Below are positions 9,530-18,332 of a stretch of 64,000 nt of DNA, piece after piece. Where the stretch lies: NCBI GenBank assembly GCA_965202625.1, contig CBDBBI010000010.1, forward strand, positions 736,001 through 800,000, read 5' to 3'. A program made the position numbers and the translations under genes. How positions within the stretch are numbered: position 1 is the first letter of the stretch; the number at the start of each line of letters is the position of its first letter. A model generated the notes under the pieces. It ran no database searches, was not told the origin of the DNA, and saw only the letters and a program-made list of their open reading frames with translations. The DNA comes from a bacterium (GTDB lineage: Bacteria; UBA8248).

Positions 9530-11731
9530 CTATCCCTTGGGTGATTCCGCCTCCAAAGGCGACGCGGTCGGCAAAAAATCCTTTGGACGCATCATCTGTA
9601 TAGCGACCGATACGAGCAGCATGGCAAGTCCCGTCGCCTTGAACCAGATTCCGTTCCAGAACAAGGCCACTCCGGCCACTCCCATGAGGACGCGGTCGAA
9701 CACCGTCAGCAAGCGGAGGAAATAGCCCTCCAGTGCCGCCGAAGTGCAGATGAAACCCAAAGCCGCGCTCACCCAGACCAGAATGACCTGGCTCCAGGGA
9801 CCGTTGACCAAAATCGGTGTGTAGGCCATCAAGAGGGGCACGACGTAAAGCGGCTTGGCCAGTTTCAGAGAGATGAAGCCGGTTCTCATCGGATCGCACT
9901 GCGCGACGCCCGCGGCCACAAACGCGCCCAGGGCGAAGGGCGGCGTGAGCGCGGCGTCCTGGCTCAGCCAGAGGATGATCATGTGTGCGGTGAACATCGA
10001 GAGCCCAAAATCCATGAGCGCGGGCCCGGCCAGAATAGCGATGAGGATATAACTCGCCGTGATCGTCATCCCCATGCCCAGAATGTAGCTGGCGAGGGCC
10101 ACGAGAGCCACCGCAAGGAAAAGCATGTTGTTCGAGTAGGAGAGAATGATGGCCGTCATCTTCTGCGCGAGGTCCGGATGCGTGACGCCTGTGAGCACGA
10201 GGCCCATCACGCCCGCAGTCGCGCCAATGACGAGTGAATTGACCGAACCCGTGACAAACGCGTCGCAGATTTTGGACATGATGCGCCTCGCCTCTTCATG
10301 CCGCCACGCCAGAAAACAGGCGACCGCCACGTACAAATACACTGCGTCGCCGCCGTAGATGATGCTGGCCACGAAGACGGCCGCCTCCAGCCCCAAGAGA
10401 TACCAGCATTTTTGCTTGAACGTGCTCACCACCACGGCGGCGACGATGGCCCAAAAACCGGCGAAAAAGGGCGAAAACTGAAGGATGAGAAGCATGATAA
10501 GCAGCACGATGGGAATGAGCAGCACTCCGTCTTTTTTCAGCACGCCCCAGAAGTCGGGCAGTTCGTCCTTGCTGAGTCCCTGAAGGTTGTTTCTGCTCGC
10601 GTAGTAGTGAACCGACATGAATACGGACAGATAGTAGAGCAGCGCGGGCACGAGGCTCACGAGCGCGACCTTGTAATATGGCGTCTCGGTCATCGCCGCA
10701 AGGATGAAGGCGGCGGACGCCATGATCGGCGGCATCAGGTGTCCCCCAATGCTGGCCACTGCCTCCGTCGCCGCGGCGTAGGTGGCTCGAAAGCCGGCAC
10801 GCTTCATGAGGGGTATCGTGAAAGTGCCGGTGATGACGATGTTCGCCGCTCCGCTGCCCACGATAGAACCCACGAGGCCGCTCGACACGATAGCCGCTTT
10901 CGCGGCGCCGCCCTTGTAGCGGCCCACCAGCGCGAAGGCGAGGTCAACGAACACGTCGCCCACGCGCGTGGCCTGGAGCAGCGCCCCGAAGATCAGGAAG
11001 ATGAACACCACCTGGGCGTAGACGCGGGTGATGACTCCATAAATGCCCGATTGGCTATAGAGATAGCCCATCACGTAGCCGAACTCGGCGCCCTTGTGCG
11101 CCAACAGGCCGGGAAAGATGGGACCTGCCCAGTCGTAGAACAAAAAGACGACCGCGACAATAGGCAAAACCAGTCCCAGGACGCGGCGGCACGTCTCCAA
11201 GACAAGGCACGCGGCCGTGAAGCCGAACACCACGTCGTTCCACTCCACGATACCCGCCCGGGCCCCTCGCTCATCGTAGAAATACATGAACTCGATCATG
11301 ACGATGAGGCTGAGGACGCACCAGAGAAAATCGAAGAGCGAAGGTCTATCCTGCGGAGAAGTCGCTTTGCAGGGATACAGCAAAAAAGTGAGGATGGACG
11401 TAAAGCAAATGAATATAGGGAGGGAGAATTGTTCTCCATAATATGGGATATAGGGAAAATCGAGTTGCACCAGTTTCAGGCTTCTCGGACCGAAGAGGGT
11501 GTAGCTTCCGTTCACCGCTCCAAAAAGAAAATAAACGGCGAACACGAAACCCACCACGCGCAACACCCAGAGAGAGGGCCCGCTCAGCGTTCTCGTTCGG
11601 GCGAGACCCGCCCCGAGGAAGCTGCCGATTTTGTCTACGACGTCGCGAAAACCCAATCCATGTTCCTCCGGAATGAGGCGAGACGCCAAGCGGACTACTG
11701 TTCGTGAGAATAGTCGTTCCGCCGAGGACAC
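9530..11731 (-). CDS. TRAP transporter fused permease (4TM/12TM)
   Basis: GGAAKAAIVSS, GSGAANIVITGTFTIPLMKRAGF, LMPPIMASAAF, LTPP; start codon uncertain. Confidence 0.92.
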   Translation of the reverse strand: MSSAERLFSRTVVRLASRLIPEEHGLGFRDVVDKIGSFLGAGLARTRTLSGPSLWVLRVVGFVFAVYFLFGAVNGSYTLFGPRSLKLVQLDFPYIPYYGEQFSLPIFICFTSILTFLLYPCKATSPQDRPSLFDFLWCVLSLIVMIEFMYFYDERGARAGIVEWNDVVFGFTAACLVLETCRRVLGLVLPIVAVVFLFYDWAGPIFPGLLAHKGAEFGYVMGYLYSQSGIYGVITRVYAQVVFIFLIFGALLQATRVGDVFVDLAFALVGRYKGGAAKAAIVSSGLVGSIVGSGAANIVITGTFTIPLMKRAGFRATYAAATEAVASIGGHLMPPIMASAAFILAAMTETPYYKVALVSLVPALLYYLSVFMSVHYYASRNNLQGLSKDELPDFWGVLKKDGVLLIPIVLLIMLLILQFSPFFAGFWAIVAAVVVSTFKQKCWYLLGLEAAVFVASIIYGGDAVYLYVAVACFLAWRHEEARRIMSKICDAFVTGSVNSLVIGATAGVMGLVLTGVTHPDLAQKMTAIILSYSNNMLFLAVALVALASYILGMGMTITASYILIAILAGPALMDFGLSMFTAHMIILWLSQDAALTPPFALGAFVAAGVAQCDPMRTGFISLKLAKPLYVVPLLMAYTPILVNGPWSQVILVWVSAALGFICTSAALEGYFLRLLTVFDRVLMGVAGVALFWNGIWFKATGLAMLLVSVAIQMMRPKDFLPTASPLEAESPKG

Positions 11732-11785
11732 CCGTCGGCCGAGAGACGTCTTCCCCGGCCGACGGGGACGAGAAACGTTTTATTA

Positions 11786-12763
11786 TCAGTTGGGCAGCTT
11801 GTATCCGACCTCTTTCCAATACCGCGCCGCCCCCGGATGCACTTTCATCCCGATGGCGTCCATCTGCTCAAGGCCCGGAGCCATGGCGAAGCCAGAGGCC
11901 CAACCCTTGTGCACCTTTAAGAGGAATTCGCGGCCCTTTTTCGAGAAGTTGAGTCGCGCCACCTCGTAGACGACGTCGGCGGGCACATTGCAACCCACGA
12001 TGGTCCAAGCAGCATACCCGATGGTGGGCACCGACTTGTCAACGCCGCTATACGCCCCCTGGACGATGTCGGTCTTGAAATAGGCCTTGTTCGATTTCAA
12101 AAGGCCCTCTCCTACTTTTCCGTCCACAGAAAGGAGCGTGATAGGCGCCGAGGTCGCCAGCTTCAGGACGGCCGGAGAGGGGACGGGATTGGGAATGGTG
12201 AAGGCGTCGAGCCGGTTATCCTTCACGGCGTCCGCCGCTACGTTCCAGTTCAAGTTCTCCTCGCGCACCTTGATGCCAGCGAGCTCCACAATGGTGCGCG
12301 TCATGAAGTGCGTGCTGCTGCCCCGGCGAGCGAAACTCACGCGCTTGCCGTTGAGCTGCTCGATGGTCGTGATCCCTGAGTCCTTTCTCACAGCGATGTG
12401 GAACTGCGAAACCGTGCCGGGTCCCATCCCACACTGATTTTTATACGGTTTTTTGAACATTTTCTTGCCCTGAATCGCCAACTGCACGAGCGTGGCCACT
12501 CCCAGAGCAAACTCAGCCTTGCCGTTTTCGACCAAACGAATATCCTCCACCGCCCCTCGTGTGGTGAGGTTGTTCATCTCGACGATCTTTGATTCCTTCG
12601 ATACCAAAGCGGCGAGACCACCCCAGATTACATAGGCGGCGGCACCCGGCCCCGCGCCGGCGACCGAGGTTTTGATGCGCGCCGCCTCCGCCCCTGAGAA
12701 AGACAGGCCAATGGCCAGTGCGCATGCGTTTGCTACGAGAACAACGTTTCTTAGGCACTTCAT
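11786..12763 (-). CDS. TAXI-family TRAP solute-binding protein
   Basis: Signal peptide, T.GAVEDIRL, DSGITTIEQLNGKRVS, C-terminal HPGAARYWKE; RBS AAGGAGG. Confidence 0.92.
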   Translation of the reverse strand: MKCLRNVVLVANACALAIGLSFSGAEAARIKTSVAGAGPGAAAYVIWGGLAALVSKESKIVEMNNLTTRGAVEDIRLVENGKAEFALGVATLVQLAIQGKKMFKKPYKNQCGMGPGTVSQFHIAVRKDSGITTIEQLNGKRVSFARRGSSTHFMTRTIVELAGIKVREENLNWNVAADAVKDNRLDAFTIPNPVPSPAVLKLATSAPITLLSVDGKVGEGLLKSNKAYFKTDIVQGAYSGVDKSVPTIGYAAWTIVGCNVPADVVYEVARLNFSKKGREFLLKVHKGWASGFAMAPGLEQMDAIGMKVHPGAARYWKEVGYKLPN

Positions 12764-13223
12764 CTGATTTTCCTCCTTAATGAATAGTGGTGCGACGAAA
12801 TAACAAAGTGATTCCCAGAACGTCTGCGCGAAAATGAAAATCAAAGAATTTCACTTTCACGAAACATGGGGATATCGCAATACAATGCTGCATTGTCGCC
12901 TGCCGGATAACGGATACAAGAAGCGCCCCTCTCCCCTTACCCTTCTCGCCACTCTTCCCCCGGGTTGTGGAGCAAAAGGGGTATGACCAGTCTTCTCGCC
13001 GCACTCTTGCGCCTTGCGCTATACCCCATTGCGGGCTTTCAAAAGCAGATGCGCAAACTCCAGTTCAGCCTTCACTACGGAATCGTCTCATTCGGAATGC
13101 GTCCCCAAGATATCCGTATTGGCCTGAAAAAATACGAATTCATAACAAACGAGGCAACATCGGAAAATACGAAAGTCGCTTTCAGCATCTTCGCTCTCGG
13201 GCCGCTTCCGTCCACACTCTGAA

Positions 13224-13247
13224 ATTACGCGCGCGCCCGCGCGTAAT
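13224..13247. terminator. Hairpin downstream of the amidase
   Basis: ATTACGCGCG-N4-CGCGCGTAAT 10-bp stem. Confidence 0.4.
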
Positions 13248-13435
13248 AAACTCCCTCAGCCTTGCCAAATCCATCGTCCAGAACCGGCTTATTCGCACGC
13301 GGACGCAAAAAGGGTTCGATCTGCCCCCCCCCGCCCCTAAAAGCATTTATAAAAACAAAATATCCGTATGAGGGAATCTTACCCAGACCGAACAATAAAA
13401 TCAAATCCAAAAGCACGAGCCCCTCAAAGAGGAAG

Positions 13436-14800
13436 TCAACATCCCTCATCCACGTCCGGAAATTCGGACGCCCAACCCAGTTCCGCTTCGCACCATCGGG
13501 CGGCGGCGAGAAGGGCAGCCTCGCCGAATCGGCGTCCGCCCAGCTGAATGCCGATGGGCAAGTGATTCTCTCCCCTGCCTACAGGCAGGGTGAGGGCTGG
13601 AAACCCGATTTGCGTGAAAGGCTCGTTGAACAAAGCGTTTCCCGTCGATTCCTCGGCGATGGGGGCGCAAGCCACATGGGAAGGCAAAATGACGAGGTCG
13701 AATTTTTGAAAAAAATCATCCATATTCTGAATGAAGCGCGCACGAAAGCGCAAAGCGTTTACGTAATGAACAGCCGGCACCATGAGGCCCGAAGCAACGT
13801 TTTTGTGGATTTCAGGGGCGTAGGTCTCCTGATTCTCCAAAAATGTCCTGTCGTGATAAGAAGCCGCCTCCACTCGCATAATAATACGATGGGCCGCGTG
13901 CATCTGGTCCACGTCCACCGGCAGCCTCTTCTCCTCCACGTTCACTCTCATGGCTTTCAGGTTCGCCACGCATTCCTCCATTCTTCCGGCCACCTCTCGG
14001 CTCGCCCGCGGGAGGAAATCCTCCTTCAAAAAACATACTCGCGTTGGCTTTCTCGGAACGGACGCCTCTGCGTAGTCAGGCACCGCGACGTCCGGCGATT
14101 GCGCATCGCGCCCATCCGCGCCCGAGATAGCTGTGAGCAGGCGCGCCGTATCCTCTGCGCATCTGGCGATGATCCCCACATGATCCAGATTCCAGGCTAC
14201 CGCGACCATTCCGCTCCTGGGCACGCGGCCGTAAGTGGGCTTCAAACCCACCACCCCACAAAACGCCGCGGGGCGCAGAGTAGAACCGCCCGTTTGGCTG
14301 CCCAAGGCGGCCGGCGCCATTCCGGCGGCCACGGCTGCCGCGGAACCGCTGCTGGAGCCGCCTGGACTTCTTTCCAGATTCCATGGATTTCGCGTAATCG
14401 ACGGGTCAGAGGTGGCGAACTGCGTGGTGATCGTTTTGCCCAGAAAAACTGCGCCCGCCTTTTTAAGACGGAGCGCCAGAGTGGCGTCCCTTTCCGGCAA
14501 ATGGTCTTTAAGAAGGGGAGAGCCCGCCTCGCGCGGCATACCAACGACGTCGATGATATCCTTGCACCCGATGGCGGCACCTGCGAGCGGCGGGCTCTCC
14601 GACCGGTTGGCGAGCCGCTCGTCGATCGCCCGTGCCGCCTCAAGGGCTCCCGCCTTGTCTACGTACGCCCACGCACGCACCTTGCGCTCCACCGCGTCGA
14701 TTCTCCTCAGCAAAGAGCGCGTCCATTCAGCGGCGGACAGCCCGCGTTCGCAAACGTTCCTCACCCCCTCAGAGAGGCTCAAGCGCCAAAGTTCACGCAT
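13436..14800 (-). CDS. Amidase signature family protein (GatA/AtzE-like)
   Basis: KDIID, PGGSSSGSAAAVAAG, GSQTGGSTLRPA (Ser-cisSer-Lys triad). Confidence 0.93.
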   Translation of the reverse strand: MRELWRLSLSEGVRNVCERGLSAAEWTRSLLRRIDAVERKVRAWAYVDKAGALEAARAIDERLANRSESPPLAGAAIGCKDIIDVVGMPREAGSPLLKDHLPERDATLALRLKKAGAVFLGKTITTQFATSDPSITRNPWNLERSPGGSSSGSAAAVAAGMAPAALGSQTGGSTLRPAAFCGVVGLKPTYGRVPRSGMVAVAWNLDHVGIIARCAEDTARLLTAISGADGRDAQSPDVAVPDYAEASVPRKPTRVCFLKEDFLPRASREVAGRMEECVANLKAMRVNVEEKRLPVDVDQMHAAHRIIMRVEAASYHDRTFLENQETYAPEIHKNVASGLMVPAVHYVNALRFRARFIQNMDDFFQKFDLVILPSHVACAPIAEESTGNALFNEPFTQIGFPALTLPVGRGENHLPIGIQLGGRRFGEAALLAAARWCEAELGWASEFPDVDEGC

Positions 14801-15020
14801 TTGCGTCCCGCGCGCGCGTTCCGCGTTCTTCGGCAGGATTCATCGATTCCACCTCTTCCAGCTTTTCTAATATGCGGAGCAAATGGGGCTTCCCCCCAGC
14901 CGGCGGCCGCCAGTGCACGCCCACTACAGGCACATTCTGGCTTCTGAGTTCATCCGCAAATATCTCCAAGCCGAGATTAACGACTTGAAGCGGTTTAAGG
15001 CGCAAATCCTTCACGTTCAT
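14793..15020 (-). CDS. Stand-alone FdrA C-terminal domain protein
   Basis: VVNLGLEIFADEL..VHWRPPAGG..LLRIL resembles the C-terminal tail of FdrA; overlaps the amidase start. Confidence 0.7.
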   Translation of the reverse strand: MNVKDLRLKPLQVVNLGLEIFADELRSQNVPVVGVHWRPPAGGKPHLLRILEKLEEVESMNPAEERGTRARDANA

Positions 15021-15101
15021 CCGTCCTGGCGAACTCCCAGTCGGCCCGGAGGAGATAGATCGCGAGAATTCCCAAGAGAAAGGAACCCCCATCCCGACGT
15101 T

Positions 15102-16601
15102 CTACCCATCCTCAAGCAGAGCCGGCCTTATCAAAGCGGCGGCGAATCGGGTCACCCGCGCGTTAGAAGGCAAGAGCACGACTCCGGCGTCTTCTAAAAT
15201 TCTCATCTGCGCACTCATGTCTTGCGGATCGTCCGCCGTCCCCACTACCGAAGCCACAAAAAACAGATCCCTCGCTTTCACCCTCGTCTCTTTTATCGCC
15301 CGCGCCAGGGGACCCGCCGGGTCTACGGCGCTTCCCCTGCCCAGGATCAGGTCAAACAAAACCACGCCAACGCTCTCATCCATGGATGCACGCAAAACCA
15401 TTTCCACACGGATATCCGGGGCGATCATCGGATGTGGTTTCCCCACCGTATATCGATCGTCTCCCAAATCCAGGATACGGTGGCGGCCCGCCTTCTCGTT
15501 CCAACCCACGTCGCCGAGCAGCGACTCGAGTATGAGGCGGCTCTCATGGGCGAGCGTCCCTCCGGAGAACAGTCCCAAAATTCCCGCGCCTCTGGGCTCG
15601 CCCTCCAGTCGCAACGAGGCGATGCTCTCCTTCAGAGTCGCCTGCGCGAGAAAATTTTCAGTGCGGTGGTGCTCGCCCCGCAGAATCGCCGCCGCCGCAT
15701 GACCCGCATCCTCCAAATTCTCCGCCCAGTTCGGGTTTTTCGCGCCGAGAAAACATACGACGTGCGGTTTTTGCAGGCACGCCAACGCCCCCTCTATTTT
15801 GGGCAAAACCTCTGGTGCCGGCGGCTTGGATATGAGAACTACGATCTCCGTTTCAGGATCATTCGACAAGAAGTCCAGTGCGTGGAGCGTCATCATGCCG
15901 CCCACTTCGGCGGACAGATCGCGTCCGCCCACGCCAATGCCGTGAGAAATTCCCTCGCCTAAGGAGTCAAGCTGCGAGGCGACGGCCTGGAGGCCGGTCC
16001 CCGAGGCCGCGACACAGCCCACGCGACCAGGCTTCACCACGTTGGCGAAACCCAAACCCACGCCGCCGACGTAGGCCGTTCCGCAATCGGGCCCCATGAG
16101 GAGCAAGCCACGCCTTATGGCCTCCTGCTTGAGCGTCGCCTCATCGTCAACCGACACGTTGTCGCTGAACAAAAAAACGTGAAGCCCGCGACGCAGAGCT
16201 TCCATGGCCTCTTTTCCCGCATACGCGCCGGGGACGGAAATCATCGCCAAGTTCGCATCCGGAGCGACGGCGAGAGCACTCTCAAGGCTCAATGGAACAA
16301 AATCACGCGAGCCGCCATGAGTGCTCTGCGCCTGCGTGAGCAAGGCTTTCGCCTCCTCAATCGTCTCCAGCGCGCGTTCGCGAGAATCCGCAGCCACAGC
16401 CAAAATCAAATCATTCGGCCCGGCATCAATGCCCTCTCCCCCAACAAGCCCCGCCTGAAGCATGATTTCATGGTTCATGGGCGTGCCCATAAGCGCGGCC
16501 GCCTCGGAAACGCCCTTCCTCATCCGCATCGTCCGCGCCAGCCGCATGAGTTTGACGGAATCCTGGTAGAAGGAAGGCAATACGATGCTTGCGAGCGCCA
16601 A
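15102..16601 (-). CDS. fdrA: FdrA-family acyl-CoA synthetase (SucD-like)
   Basis: YQDSVKLM, ISVPGAYA, FSDNV, MGPDCGT, GVGGRDL, GKPHPMI; probable TTG start at 16601. Confidence 0.9.
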   Translation of the reverse strand: MALASIVLPSFYQDSVKLMRLARTMRMRKGVSEAAALMGTPMNHEIMLQAGLVGGEGIDAGPNDLILAVAADSRERALETIEEAKALLTQAQSTHGGSRDFVPLSLESALAVAPDANLAMISVPGAYAGKEAMEALRRGLHVFLFSDNVSVDDEATLKQEAIRRGLLLMGPDCGTAYVGGVGLGFANVVKPGRVGCVAASGTGLQAVASQLDSLGEGISHGIGVGGRDLSAEVGGMMTLHALDFLSNDPETEIVVLISKPPAPEVLPKIEGALACLQKPHVVCFLGAKNPNWAENLEDAGHAAAAILRGEHHRTENFLAQATLKESIASLRLEGEPRGAGILGLFSGGTLAHESRLILESLLGDVGWNEKAGRHRILDLGDDRYTVGKPHPMIAPDIRVEMVLRASMDESVGVVLFDLILGRGSAVDPAGPLARAIKETRVKARDLFFVASVVGTADDPQDMSAQMRILEDAGVVLLPSNARVTRFAAALIRPALLEDG

Positions 16602-16602
16602 T

Positions 16603-16803
16603 CTATCTCTCTTCTTCTTGCATTGGCGCGACGGCGGGAAGGGGGAAAGGTTCTTGCGTTTTCTCAAGCGTCATGGACGATACCGTCTGAAGCATCTCCA
16701 CTACCTCATCGGCATACGCGGCGACACGCTCCTTATCCTCAAGGAGAAAAACGCCCTCCGCCATCCGCGCGATTCGCACGGCGATCTCGCTCCGATCACT
16801 CAT
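16603..16803 (-). CDS. Small hypothetical protein, possibly a GatC/AtzG-like amidase partner
   Basis: 66 aa, overlaps the ubiX stop and abuts fdrA; IARMA..helix..EP pattern reminiscent of GatC. Confidence 0.55.
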   Translation of the reverse strand: MSDRSEIAVRIARMAEGVFLLEDKERVAAYADEVVEMLQTVSSMTLEKTQEPFPLPAVAPMQEEER

Positions 16804-17414
16804 TTGGTCGTTTCCCCATCATGACGGGCCGAGAGGGTTTTCCGCTCCGGGTGCTGGCCGCCCCACTTCTCAAACAGATTTTGCTCAAGCCCCAAGGCCG
16901 TGAGCGTCTTGCCCACCACATGATCGATCAAATCCGCCATCGTCCGGGGCTTGAAATAAAATCCCGGCGACGCGGGAAGAATCAAGACGCCCATCAGCGC
17001 GAGTTTGCGCATGTTCTCCAAGTGAATCGCGGAAAGCGGCATTTCGCGCGGCACGAGAACGAGTCTGTTTTGCTCCTTGAGCATCACGTCCGCCGCCCGG
17101 CAGATAAGATTCTCGCCCGTGCCGGCGGCTATTTGACCGAGCGTCTTGAGGGAGCATGGAGCTATCACCATCGCCTCAAAGCCGGCACTCCCGCTTGCGG
17201 GTCGCGCCCCGATGTCGCTCTCCGGATGTACGACGCTCGCCCAGGAGGATAGCGTGGCGAGATCCATGTCCGTCTCGTAATGCAAAACGCGAATGCCCGC
17301 TTTGGAGACGACCAGGTGGGTCTCCACCTCTGGGTACACGTCGTGCAAAACCTCCATGAGGCGAACGCCATATATCGCACCAGACGCGCCCGTGACGCCT
17401 ACCACCACCTTCAT
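16800..17414 (-). CDS. ubiX: Flavin prenyltransferase UbiX/Pad1
   Basis: VGVTGASGAIYG, ASGS, APCS, RAADVMLKE, VPREMP, SPGFY. Confidence 0.95.
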   Translation of the reverse strand: MKVVVGVTGASGAIYGVRLMEVLHDVYPEVETHLVVSKAGIRVLHYETDMDLATLSSWASVVHPESDIGARPASGSAGFEAMVIAPCSLKTLGQIAAGTGENLICRAADVMLKEQNRLVLVPREMPLSAIHLENMRKLALMGVLILPASPGFYFKPRTMADLIDHVVGKTLTALGLEQNLFEKWGGQHPERKTLSARHDGETTK

Positions 17415-17438
17415 CAGAAAACCCCAACCTCCATGCGT

Positions 17439-18329
17439 TTATGCGAGTGTCCGAGAAATCCTATCGTAATCACGATACAGCAGCGTAAAATCCTCTTCGA
17501 TCATCCCACGTTTGACGGCTTTGTTTAAAAAAGCGAGCGTGGCTTCTCCGTGCGTGGTCTCCGCCTTAAGCTTCCTCCCCATTCTGACGGCCATTCCCAC
17601 ATCCTTTTGTATATTGTAGATTCGCGACTTGCCATCCCACGTTTCAGACAATATGTGGTTCGGAAAACGAAACTGGCTCGCGTAGCTTCTCGCGTTGGAG
17701 ACATTGAATACCCTGATCATGTCCTCAAGGCTGATTCCCGACTTCTCCGCGAGCCTCCCCCCCTCACAAGTGGCCATGAATATGGAGTGACAAACCATGT
17801 TGTGAATCAGCTTCAGGGTATGACCCGCCCCGCTCTCGCCCAAATAGAAAAGGTTGTCGGCGATTGGCTTCAAAAATCTTCTCGTCTTGCGAAACGCCCC
17901 CTCATCCCCGCCTATCATCAACGTCAAGGAGCCGGCGGCCGCTCCCGTCGCGCCGCCGCTCATTCCGGCATCGAGATACGCGATCCCGTTCGCCTTAGCG
18001 CGCCTAGCGATTTTTCGGGTGCGTGCAGGGTCTGAACTTGTGAAGTCATAAATCACCAGGTTCTTCCGCGAGTTCGCCAAAACACCCCTCTTTCCCTTCA
18101 GGCTATCCTCGATTTCCGGAGATCCGGGAACCACGAAAAAGATGACGTTCGCCCGATCCGCCATATCGCCGGGCGCGAGAACCTCCACGCCTCGCTTTTT
18201 CTCCCATGGTCGCCTCGCTTCAGGGATAAGGTCCCAAACCATCAAGGGGGTTTTCGCTTTCTCGAAATTGGCGGCTATGCCGCGCCCCATGCTTCCCAAC
18301 CCCACCACGCCAACGCTCGCTTTCGCCAT
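17439..18329 (-). CDS. Beta-hydroxyacid dehydrogenase (3-hydroxyisobutyrate DH family)
   Basis: GLGSMG, DAGMSGG, LTLMIGG, KLIHN. Confidence 0.9.
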   Translation of the reverse strand: MAKASVGVVGLGSMGRGIAANFEKAKTPLMVWDLIPEARRPWEKKRGVEVLAPGDMADRANVIFFVVPGSPEIEDSLKGKRGVLANSRKNLVIYDFTSSDPARTRKIARRAKANGIAYLDAGMSGGATGAAAGSLTLMIGGDEGAFRKTRRFLKPIADNLFYLGESGAGHTLKLIHNMVCHSIFMATCEGGRLAEKSGISLEDMIRVFNVSNARSYASQFRFPNHILSETWDGKSRIYNIQKDVGMAVRMGRKLKAETTHGEATLAFLNKAVKRGMIEEDFTLLYRDYDRISRTLA

Positions 18330-18332
18330 GCC

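Noticed and set aside
13262-14947. 561-aa plus-strand ORF, and similar long ORFs at 10298, 16179, 2677 and 1663
   Set aside because: Antisense shadows of motif-bearing genes in GC-rich DNA; Arg/His-rich with no motifs.
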